The notes under the pieces: generated by a model | Told to the model about the DNA's origin: nothing | Seen by the model: the letters and a program-made list of their open reading frames with translations, nothing else | Database searches by the model: none | Program-made: the position numbers and the translations under genes | Source of the DNA: Gemmatimonadota bacterium | Lineage (GTDB): Bacteria > Latescibacterota > UBA2968 > UBA8231 | DNA length: 38,237 nt | NCBI GenBank assembly: GCA_038128265.1 | Contig: JAYPJE010000042.1 | Location: forward strand, 1 to 38,237 | Reading direction: 5' to 3' | In this document: positions 18,437 to 25,356 of the stretch, piece by piece | Layout of the letters: each line of letters starts with the position of its first letter | Position numbering within the stretch: position 1 is the first letter of the stretch

Positions 18437-19189
18437 TTAGGCGTCGATCTCCAGCGATACCTGCTCGTTGAGCGACTCGTTCTGCGAGCGCGCGTCGGAT
18501 GTAGCGTAGTGGAAGATAATCGCCCGACGCCAGGTGTCGCTGTGGTTGGCGGCGCTCGCGTGTAGCGCACAGCCGTGGTGGAAAATCACCGATCCGGCAG
18601 GCACCGGACACGCTACGGGCGCCGGCAGGTCCAAATCGCCGGTGTGCGGCACGTGGTGGACCGGGCGTTCGGGATCGGCGTCGACGGGAAAGATGCCGTG
18701 CACGTGCGAACCGGGCACGTAGCACATGCAGCCGTTGTCGAGCGTGGCGTCGTCGAGGGCAATCCACGCGGTGGTTAGGTCGTCGATGGGCTCCACGCGA
18801 AAGTAGCTCTGGTCTTGGTGCAGCGGTTTGGCCTGGCCGCCGGGCGGTTTAAACAGCGCCTGGTCGCGGAACACTTTGACGCGCGGACCCAGCAGGCCTC
18901 GCGCACAGGCCAGCAAGTTGTGCTGGCGCGCCACGTTCTGAAAAAAGGGCATGAAGCGCACGAGGAAGGCGGCGCCGCGAATGGCGTCGTCGCGGGCGGC
19001 CGCGCTGTTGCGGTCGGCGGCCGTATTGCCCTCGCGGCCGATGGTAACGCCGGCCGGCGGATGGTCGGCATCGGCCAGCAGCGCGTCAATGTGCGCGCGT
19101 ATGGCTTCCAGCTCGTCGGCGTTAAAGACGTCGTTGACTACGAGATACCCGTTGGCGTCGTAGAACGCCTTCATCTCATTATTAAACAT
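18437..19189 (-). CDS. PhyH-family Fe(II)/2OG oxygenase
   Basis: NGYLVVNDVF, KPPGG, LHQD, WIALDDATLDNGCMCYVPGSH, FHHGCALHAS, RRA. Confidence 0.93.
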   Translation of the reverse strand: MFNNEMKAFYDANGYLVVNDVFNADELEAIRAHIDALLADADHPPAGVTIGREGNTAADRNSAAARDDAIRGAAFLVRFMPFFQNVARQHNLLACARGLLGPRVKVFRDQALFKPPGGQAKPLHQDQSYFRVEPIDDLTTAWIALDDATLDNGCMCYVPGSHVHGIFPVDADPERPVHHVPHTGDLDLPAPVACPVPAGSVIFHHGCALHASAANHSDTWRRAIIFHYATSDARSQNESLNEQVSLEIDA

Positions 19190-19227
19190 ATGCCGTTTTT
19201 CTTCTCGGTAGGGCGCCGCGTCCTACC

Positions 19228-20115
19228 CTATAGGTAGCGCGTAATCGCAAAGCCGAGGCGCCAGTGAGACGGGCCCGCCGGGTGGGGAGCGCCAACCAGA
19301 TACTGCGCGCTATTGAGGCGCGTATTGTTGGTGGCAAAAAAGTAAAATACGTGGCCGCCCGTCTCTATGGAAATTCCCCATGCCAGCGGATTATGCGAAC
19401 GGCCCGTTTCTCCGGGCTGCAGAACGCCCTGGTAGCCCGATAGCACAGGGCTGTACTCGAGCCAGAGTCCCCACATATCGTCAAAGTAAATCTGGTAATA
19501 AGTGCCTAAGGCAAGGGTGTGCTGCCGCTCAACGCTGAAGATAGCGCTGTTGTAGAGGTACGACGGCACGACGCCGACGGCGAGTTTGCCGTTGAGCAGC
19601 AGGGCGTTGTAGACCAGCTGCGCATAGTACTGAACGTTGGCACCGTCGCTGCGGCCGCGTGCGGCAAAGGGGCGAATCGTGCTCATATCGGTATTCCATG
19701 CCAGGCCTATCTGCAGGGCTAGCGCACTGGCGCTCGATGCGTGCTCGGCAGACCACAGGTGGCGTTTGAGCTGCAGGTCGAGATTGTCCAGCACGTTGCT
19801 GCGGCCGAGCGTGAGCATGGACCGGTCGCTCAGCCCGTAGCCGAAAGCCATGCGCATACTGGCCGGTCCATCGAGGCCGAAATAGGCGTCGTAGCCGTCG
19901 CCGATAGTCGGGTGAAAGCGGTGCGAAATTTCGTAGTGCCAGTCGCCCTTGTAGAGCGTGGTTGCCGTCGGCAAATTGGCCGTCATAACGGAGCGAAATA
20001 CTTCGACGGGTGCTGCCGGAGCAGGTGCCGCATCGCGCTCCCACGTGGGCTGAGCCAGTGCCACTAGGGGGCATAATAGGGCGGCAATAAAGGCGTTGCG
20101 CAGCATGATTTTCAC
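19228..20115 (-). CDS. DUF5777-family outer-membrane beta-barrel protein
   Basis: Signal peptide (AFIAALLCPLVALA-Q); ISHRF, FGLDG, LTLGRS, IETGGHVFYFFATN, C-terminal strand RLGFAITRYL; 4-nt GTGA overlap with upstream gene. Confidence 0.8.
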   Translation of the reverse strand: MKIMLRNAFIAALLCPLVALAQPTWERDAAPAPAAPVEVFRSVMTANLPTATTLYKGDWHYEISHRFHPTIGDGYDAYFGLDGPASMRMAFGYGLSDRSMLTLGRSNVLDNLDLQLKRHLWSAEHASSASALALQIGLAWNTDMSTIRPFAARGRSDGANVQYYAQLVYNALLLNGKLAVGVVPSYLYNSAIFSVERQHTLALGTYYQIYFDDMWGLWLEYSPVLSGYQGVLQPGETGRSHNPLAWGISIETGGHVFYFFATNNTRLNSAQYLVGAPHPAGPSHWRLGFAITRYL

Positions 20116-20702
20116 TCTTTCTTGTGCGCGATATGCCGCATGCGGAAGCGCACGGAAACGCCGACGATTTCGCTCACTTTGATAAAGGCGGCCAGGCTAG
20201 GTGCTTCGATGCCGTAGTCCTGCAGGCGAATGGTAAAGTCGGCGGCAACAAGAGAGTGCGTATCGCCCACGGCAATGGCGGCAGGTATTTCAATGGGGCG
20301 TTCAACGCCGTGCAGTGAAAAAATGCCTTTGGCCAGTGCCGTATAGCTATGGACGGCGCTGGTATCGGGGGCGTGCGCTGCGATGGTGCCCTCGAAATGG
20401 GCTTTGGGCCACTTTCGCGTGTTCAGGACTTCGCGCATATCGCGGTCGCGCTTGCCAATGCCCGTGTCGAAAGAGGCCATATCGACCTCAAAAAAAAACT
20501 GGCTCTTGCGCTCGAAGAGCTCCTCGCCTTCCCAATACATATAACCATCGATATTGCGCGTGACCCCATCAAAGCTGAGCGCCACGACTTCGGAGGTAAA
20601 TTGGACTCTGTTGTCTACGTGCTCGGTATCGACGTGCCACTCGCCGGCCTGTGCGGCAGTGGTTATCAGCGCCCAGGCGATGGGGAGCGCTGCTCTAATC
20701 AT
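20112..20702 (-). CDS. YceI-family lipid/polyisoprenoid-binding periplasmic protein
   Basis: Signal peptide (ALITTAAQA-G); WHVD, SFDTGIGKRDRDMR, WPKAHF, GIFSLHGVERPI, DYGI. Start reassigned to ATG 20702. Confidence 0.9.
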   Translation of the reverse strand: MIRAALPIAWALITTAAQAGEWHVDTEHVDNRVQFTSEVVALSFDGVTRNIDGYMYWEGEELFERKSQFFFEVDMASFDTGIGKRDRDMREVLNTRKWPKAHFEGTIAAHAPDTSAVHSYTALAKGIFSLHGVERPIEIPAAIAVGDTHSLVAADFTIRLQDYGIEAPSLAAFIKVSEIVGVSVRFRMRHIAHKKE

Positions 20703-21126
20703 TGGGAGCGCCCCGCTCGATCCACGTGCGCAAGGCCGCGATATGCGCATCGCTCAGCGCCGGTCGCCCCAGCGGCATGCGGTTACCCAAGATACCGGAA
20801 GCGCCGATTGTCTTGAGAAATAAATAGCTGTTGTCGGGGTCCCCCGGTTTTATTAGCGGCTGGTTGGGTCCCGCGCTGCTCGCTCCGTTGACGATGGCGG
20901 CATGGGACTGTCCAGCCGAGAGGTTGGGATAGGTCGTCGTATGGCAGCCGCTGGTCGCGCAAGAGCGGTCGAAAATGGCTTCTTGGATAAACGTGAACGT
21001 GGCTTCGACATTTTGGTTGGCATCCTGTTCGTCCTCGCTGCTGGGATCGAATACCATATCGGTGGATTTATCGGTGCCGCAGGATGCGAGCAGGACGCTC
21101 AGCAGAAGAATGGAAACGGATCGCAT
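20695..21126 (-). CDS. Monoheme c-type cytochrome lipoprotein with CX4CH motif (143 aa)
   Basis: Lipobox MRSVSILLLSVLLAS-C; TFTFIQEAIFDRS-CATSGCH; PGDPDNSYL; RMP (candidate axial Met); LRTWIERGAPND; GGAG RBS before ATG 21126. Confidence 0.8.
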   Translation of the reverse strand: MRSVSILLLSVLLASCGTDKSTDMVFDPSSEDEQDANQNVEATFTFIQEAIFDRSCATSGCHTTTYPNLSAGQSHAAIVNGASSAGPNQPLIKPGDPDNSYLFLKTIGASGILGNRMPLGRPALSDAHIAALRTWIERGAPND

Positions 21127-21300
21127 ATCATTGCTCCGAAAGGGGTGCACAAGTCCGTATTTGGAATATAAAACATTTGCCGGCGTTCGCTTAGCCGGGG
21201 GAACCGCGCGGGACCGTGCGGCGTTTTCCACATAGAGTGGGTGCTGGGCGGGAGTCGGGTAGGGATTGCGTGTAGAAGCGACCGCGAGAGGATGGTCACT

Positions 21301-21645
21301 ATGGAACAGGTGCAGAACACGGCATGCGTGCAGATTTGCGATGAGGAATACCGCATCGCTAGCCATCTGGATGCAGAGGTCACGCGGCGCGTTGCCGCAT
21401 GCGTCGATGTGCAGATGCGCGCAGTGGAGGCACGCGTCGGATCCTTGAATCGCGGCAAAGTCGCGGTGCTGGCCGCAATGGAGCTGGCTGCCGAACTGCT
21501 GCAGCTGCGCGAAGAGCGCGAGATGCTTTTGGAACAGGCACACGGCCAAATACGGCGACTCAACGCACTGGTTGAACAGCGTTCGTCCCTGCTTCCCATG
21601 ACGAGCGAGTGGATGGAACAGAGGGCTGCGCAGGCGCGTTACTGA
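21301..21645 (+). CDS. zapA: Cell division protein ZapA family
   Basis: VQICDEEYRI, VAACVDVQM, KVAVLAAMELAAEL followed by coiled coil; alternative ATG at 21292. Confidence 0.85.
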   Translation: MEQVQNTACVQICDEEYRIASHLDAEVTRRVAACVDVQMRAVEARVGSLNRGKVAVLAAMELAAELLQLREEREMLLEQAHGQIRRLNALVEQRSSLLPMTSEWMEQRAAQARY

Positions 21646-21668
21646 GCGCGTTTACGCCGTTGCTTTCG

Positions 21669-21701
21669 GCTCTCGCACCGGAGGGGTGCGAGAGCTTTTT
21701 T
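21669..21701 (+). terminator. Rho-independent terminator after zapA
   Basis: GCTCTCGCACC-GGAGG-GGTGCGAGAGC (perfect 11-bp stem) followed by T6. Confidence 0.92.
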
Positions 21702-21800
21702 ATTGCGAAAATATAAATATTTATTAAAAAGCAAAATAATTTTAAAAAAATAGCCTCAATTATAAAATTATTTAGTATATTTAGAAATAATTAGAATTTC
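21696..21800 (+). promoter_or_regulatory. Extremely AT-rich promoter/operator region of the DUF2089 operon
   Basis: 13 G+C in 105 nt (12%) in a GC-rich window; TTAG-ending repeats at 21772, 21781 and 21791; directly precedes AAGGAG RBS. Confidence 0.65.
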
Positions 21801-21833
21801 GAACTCGGTGTTTTATGGGAAAGGAGATGCAGA

Positions 21834-22220
21834 GTGCACAGTGTATTGGCCACGTGTCCGGCCTGCGGCGGGGGGCTATGTGCCAGTCAGCTTAGCTGCT
21901 GCCAGTGCGATACCGTAATTCAGGGGCGCTTTGCTCTGAGTGCTTTTGACCGGCTCTCGGCCGAAAGTCTGCGCTTTTTGGAGGTATTTGTGCGCAAGCG
22001 CGGCAATCTCAAGGAAATGGAGCGCGAATTGGGCGAGCCCTACCAAGATTTGCGCAAGCGATTGAACCGCATTATTGGTGAAATGGGGTTTGATGCGGGC
22101 GGTGATGAAGAAGAGGGGGAAAGCGAATTGGGGCGACGGCGACGGGCTGTATTAGAGCAATTGGATCGCGGCGAATTGGATGCGACGAGCGCCGCGCGCG
22201 AACTGGGCAAAATTAAATAG
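21834..22220 (+). CDS. DUF2089-family protein (Zn ribbon + HTH + SHOCT-like tail), putative regulator
   Basis: CPACGG...CCQCDTVIQGRF, FLEVFVRKRGNLKEMERELG, C-terminal VLEQLDRGELDATSA; GTG start with AAGGAG RBS. Confidence 0.9.
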   Translation: MHSVLATCPACGGGLCASQLSCCQCDTVIQGRFALSAFDRLSAESLRFLEVFVRKRGNLKEMERELGEPYQDLRKRLNRIIGEMGFDAGGDEEEGESELGRRRRAVLEQLDRGELDATSAARELGKIK

Positions 22221-22232
22221 CGAGGTGCTGCC

Positions 22233-23381
22233 ATGAGCGAAGAGAAAACCACTGTTCTGCGCATGTTGTCCGAGGGAAAAATCAGCGTTGAAGAGGCCGA
22301 GGCGCTGCTCAAGGCGCTGGGTGACGATGGGATGCCGCCGGGCGAGGGCGGGCATGCGGCGCGACGCGGTCGTTCGGGGCGCGCTGGGGATCTCGGTGAA
22401 ATACTGGGCGAGATTGGCCAGGAAGTGCGCCGGGCTGTGAGCGCGGTGCAAGGGGGCGAGATTGGCCATGCGGTTCGGCGCGAGATAGACGAGGCGGTGC
22501 ACCGCGTGCAGCGGATGGACATGGGGCGTATGGTCGACCAGGTCGTCGATCAGGTGCGCGATGTTATCGACGAAGTCGTCGAACACGCTTCTATCGGCCG
22601 CGAAGAAGTTGTAGAGGAGCGCGAGTGGACGTTGGATGGAAAAGGGCTGTCGGCGATTCATGCGGCTACGGACAGCGGTAATGTGCACTTTGCCGCGGGG
22701 CAGAGAGACCAGGTGAAGGTCAATGTGCACAAGCGAGTGAAGGCGCACAGTCGTGCCGAAGCGGAGGCGCTGATCGGCCAGGTGCAGGTCGACGTAGTGC
22801 GCGACGGCGACGTGGTGCGCGTCGACAAGGGGCATGGGCCGTCAGCCACAGGCCACGGCGTAGAAGTGAGCTATACCATAGAGGGGCCGGCTGGAGTCGA
22901 TCTTGAATTTAGCACGGTAAATGGTCAGATCGAAGCGCGCGGCAGTCAGGCCGCGGTGCGCGCACAGACCACCAACGGCAGCCTGACGGTAGACGGCGTG
23001 CGCGGATCGGCGCAGTTGCGCACGCAAAACGGCAATATTTCGGCGCGCATAGATGCGCTGCATCAGGAGGGATTATTTAGCGCACAAAACGGCAATATCG
23101 ATGCGCGCATTGCCGAGGGCGATGCTGCGCTGACGGCTAGTTCGACCAATGGCCAGATCGAGGTGCATTTGCCCGATGCGTATCCGGCTCGAATCGATGC
23201 GCGCACGACGAACGGATCGGTCGACTCGACGCTGTCACTGCACCGGGTTGAATTGGCCAAGCGCACGCAGCTGATCGGCCAGCTGGGTGCTGAGGCCGCT
23301 GTCGCTATTCGACTGCACACACTCAACGGCAATGTGCGGTTAAAGCCACTAGGAAAATGCTGCGACGAATCGGCTGAATAG
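22233..23381 (+). CDS. SHOCT-like N-terminus + DUF4097 (toastrack) beta-strand repeat protein, YvlB/LiaX-like
   Basis: MSEEKTTVLRMLSEGKISVEEAEALL; repeats ATDSGNV, STVNGQI, QTTNGSL, RTQNGNI, SAQNGNI, SSTNGQI, RTTNGSV, HTLNGNV; GAGG RBS. Confidence 0.88.
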   Translation: MSEEKTTVLRMLSEGKISVEEAEALLKALGDDGMPPGEGGHAARRGRSGRAGDLGEILGEIGQEVRRAVSAVQGGEIGHAVRREIDEAVHRVQRMDMGRMVDQVVDQVRDVIDEVVEHASIGREEVVEEREWTLDGKGLSAIHAATDSGNVHFAAGQRDQVKVNVHKRVKAHSRAEAEALIGQVQVDVVRDGDVVRVDKGHGPSATGHGVEVSYTIEGPAGVDLEFSTVNGQIEARGSQAAVRAQTTNGSLTVDGVRGSAQLRTQNGNISARIDALHQEGLFSAQNGNIDARIAEGDAALTASSTNGQIEVHLPDAYPARIDARTTNGSVDSTLSLHRVELAKRTQLIGQLGAEAAVAIRLHTLNGNVRLKPLGKCCDESAE

Positions 23382-23930
23382 CGCGGGCATGGCCAGCACC
23401 GCGCTAATAAAGGTCACCAAGTACAGTCCCGGTCCGCTGATGGCCAACCACCACCAGCGGCTCAGATACAGCGCCGCCCAAGCACAGGCAGCGGCATAGG
23501 CTAAAAACCCGATGCCCATGAAGAAGTTGGCGCGCGCGAGCATGGCGCGCACGCTGTCCTGTGCCAGCTGCGCTTGGAACGAAGCGGGTAGCGCGGCGGC
23601 GTAGTGTTGGGCCATTTCCAGCATAACGGGGCGGTCAATGGCAGATGTCAGCAGCATGATCAGCGCTGTGCAGCAGCCAATAACCGCGGGCTTGAGCTTG
23701 AAGAACAGCGGGTTTTTAAAGTAGTAGGAGAGTGCGGCAAAGGCGATGATTAGGGCGGCGAATAACAGCGAGAAGGCGTCGATACCGCCGAAAAACAGCT
23801 GGCTGTAGACCAGCTCGAGCACGGCCGCTAGCACCGCGCCAATCAGCGCGTAGCGCAGGTTGCCCCTGCCGTCGAGGATGGCGAAGACGGCCAGCGGCGC
23901 GAAGTCGAGCAGCAGGCCGCTCCACTCCAT
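23349..23930 (-). CDS. IspZ/YciB-like inner membrane protein (septation protein A family)
   Basis: LDFAPLAVF start and NPLFFKLKPAV motif, about 5-6 TM segments; 1-nt TAATG coupling to upstream gene. Confidence 0.7.
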   Translation of the reverse strand: MEWSGLLLDFAPLAVFAILDGRGNLRYALIGAVLAAVLELVYSQLFFGGIDAFSLLFAALIIAFAALSYYFKNPLFFKLKPAVIGCCTALIMLLTSAIDRPVMLEMAQHYAAALPASFQAQLAQDSVRAMLARANFFMGIGFLAYAAACAWAALYLSRWWWLAISGPGLYLVTFISAVLAMPALFSRFVAAFS

Positions 23931-24829
23931 TAGAGCCCCACGCCAAATGCCCTTTTAAACTCAGCCCATACCTCGTCAGGGACGTCGGCCGTTGCTGCGT
24001 CAACGGCGTCGTCGACTTCGGCCGCATTGCAAGGACCGGCCATGACGATGCCGTCGATGGGTGCCGCCAGGCAAAACTGCATGGCCAGGTGGCGTATATT
24101 GATGCCGCGCTGTTGGCACCAGGACCACATTTGATGGGCACGCGGCTCGCCGTTGGGGTTGCGGCGACGCTCCGTTTCCGCGTCGGGCTCGACGCCGGTG
24201 AGCGTGCCCATGGCAAAGACGCTGGCCAATATGATGCCCACACCGCGTGCGCGGGCCAGCGGCAGCGTCGTGTCAGCGACGGATTGGTCGAGCAGCGTGT
24301 AGTCGAGGAACGATAGGACGATTTCAATATGCCCCGTCTCAATAGCGCGGCGGTGAAAATCGTGCTGGCGCACGCCGAGCCCGACGTGGCCGATCAGTCC
24401 TTCTTCTTTCATCTTGAGCAGTTCGTCGAGCGCGTGGCCGGGTGCCAAGGGCACTTCTATGTCGGCGGGGTCGTGGATGAGGACCGAGTCCAAATAGTCC
24501 GTGCCCAATTGGCGCAGGCTGTTTTCCACGCTCCAGCGAATGGTTTTGGCGCGGTAGTCACCGCGGTGCTCAGGATGCGTGCCGGCTTTGGTCTGCAGGT
24601 AAATTTTGTCGCGATAGCCGCCGGCTAGCGCCAGACCAACGCGTCGCTCGCTCTCGCCGTAGCCGGCCGAAGTGTCGATGTAATTGAGTCCCAGGTCAAT
24701 GGCTCGGCGCACGCCGGCGATGGTGTCGGCGTCCGAGCTCTTGTCGCTGCCAAACCACGCACAGCCTATGCCCAGTGCCTTGGGCGTCATACCCGTCTTG
24801 CCGATGGTTCGTTCCTCTATCGCGCTCAT
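23930..24829 (-). CDS. Aldo/keto reductase
   Basis: RTIGKTG, GLNYIDTSAGYGESE, LQTK, DSVLIHDP; GAGG RBS. Confidence 0.93.
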   Translation of the reverse strand: MSAIEERTIGKTGMTPKALGIGCAWFGSDKSSDADTIAGVRRAIDLGLNYIDTSAGYGESERRVGLALAGGYRDKIYLQTKAGTHPEHRGDYRAKTIRWSVENSLRQLGTDYLDSVLIHDPADIEVPLAPGHALDELLKMKEEGLIGHVGLGVRQHDFHRRAIETGHIEIVLSFLDYTLLDQSVADTTLPLARARGVGIILASVFAMGTLTGVEPDAETERRRNPNGEPRAHQMWSWCQQRGINIRHLAMQFCLAAPIDGIVMAGPCNAAEVDDAVDAATADVPDEVWAEFKRAFGVGL

Positions 24830-24868
24830 GGGACCTCGTGTTAGATAAGGGCTGGTAAATGCCCCCGT

Positions 24869-24896
24869 AGAATAGGGAATTGTCGCAGTGCGTCAA
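24869..24896 (-). promoter_or_regulatory. Candidate sigma70 promoter for the AKR-ispZ operon
   Basis: Minus strand TTGACG-N16-TATTCT. Confidence 0.55.
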
Positions 24897-24909
24897 GGGA
24901 GAAAAGCGC

Positions 24910-24962
24910 TTGACATCTGCACATAAGTATAGCTATATTAAATACTGCACATAAGAGCAGTT
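24910..24962 (+). promoter_or_regulatory. sigma70 promoter overlapped by two tandem operator-like sites
   Basis: TTGACA(24910)-N18-TATATT(24934); exact direct repeat CTGCACATAAG at 24917 and 24945; second copy lies in the dyad ACTGC-N8-GCAGT. Confidence 0.7.
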
Positions 24963-25025
24963 ATCGCTCTTCTACAGCGTCCGCTCCGGTTGCCCCCAAC
25001 CGGCGTTTCCCCAGGAGTTTGTCGC

Positions 25026-25310
25026 ATGAACGTTCGCACCAACCGTCCGTCGATAGCGCGTCTCAGTTCGGATATTTGTGCCGTGATAAACCGGGTGCGG
25101 CGCGCCTTTGGATTGCACTCCATGCGCGCCTTTGCCGTGCGGCCATCCATTCGCCAGGCCGAACAGCACATCGACCATACCGCGCGCCAGCTGCTGCGCG
25201 GCGAAGCCGATCTGCGCGACTGGCACCGCGCGCTATGCCAGTACGAGACCAGCTGGATGATTGAGTTGGAAACGCTGCGTAGGTCGGAAGGGGACAGGCA
25301 CGCTGCGTAG
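25026..25310 (+). CDS. Small hypothetical protein (94 aa)
   Basis: AGGAG RBS, ATG 25026 and its own near-consensus promoter; fills the gap between AKR and kinase; no family recognised. Confidence 0.7.
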   Translation: MNVRTNRPSIARLSSDICAVINRVRRAFGLHSMRAFAVRPSIRQAEQHIDHTARQLLRGEADLRDWHRALCQYETSWMIELETLRRSEGDRHAA

Positions 25311-25356
25311 GGCTAAAGGCCCATACTTCGCACGATGCCTCAGCCCGGTAGATGCA

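Noticed and set aside
21127..21549. N-terminal half of the 284-aa minus-strand ORF
   Set aside because: It is antisense to zapA; the lipobox and RBS place the real start at 21126.
21224..21800. Replication origin (AT-rich unwinding element plus DnaA box TTTTCCACA at 21224-21232)
   Set aside because: Only one box, about 470 bp from the AT tract and separated from it by zapA; no box cluster and no dnaA/dnaN nearby.
21646..21833. 6S RNA (ssrS), commonly found downstream of zapA
   Set aside because: zapA is followed within 25 nt by a terminator and then AT-rich DNA that cannot form the long 6S rod.
21696..21833. CRISPR leader
   Set aside because: No repeat-spacer array or cas gene anywhere in the window.
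22900..23340. DNA near-repeats (e.g. CAAAACGGCAATAT twice) as a repeat array
   Set aside because: They are explained by the protein-level DUF4097 beta-strand repeats.
23349..23381. 33-nt convergent overlap of the DUF4097 and ispZ-like genes as antisense regulation
   Set aside because: Short tail-to-tail overlaps are common, and nothing else supports a regulatory role.
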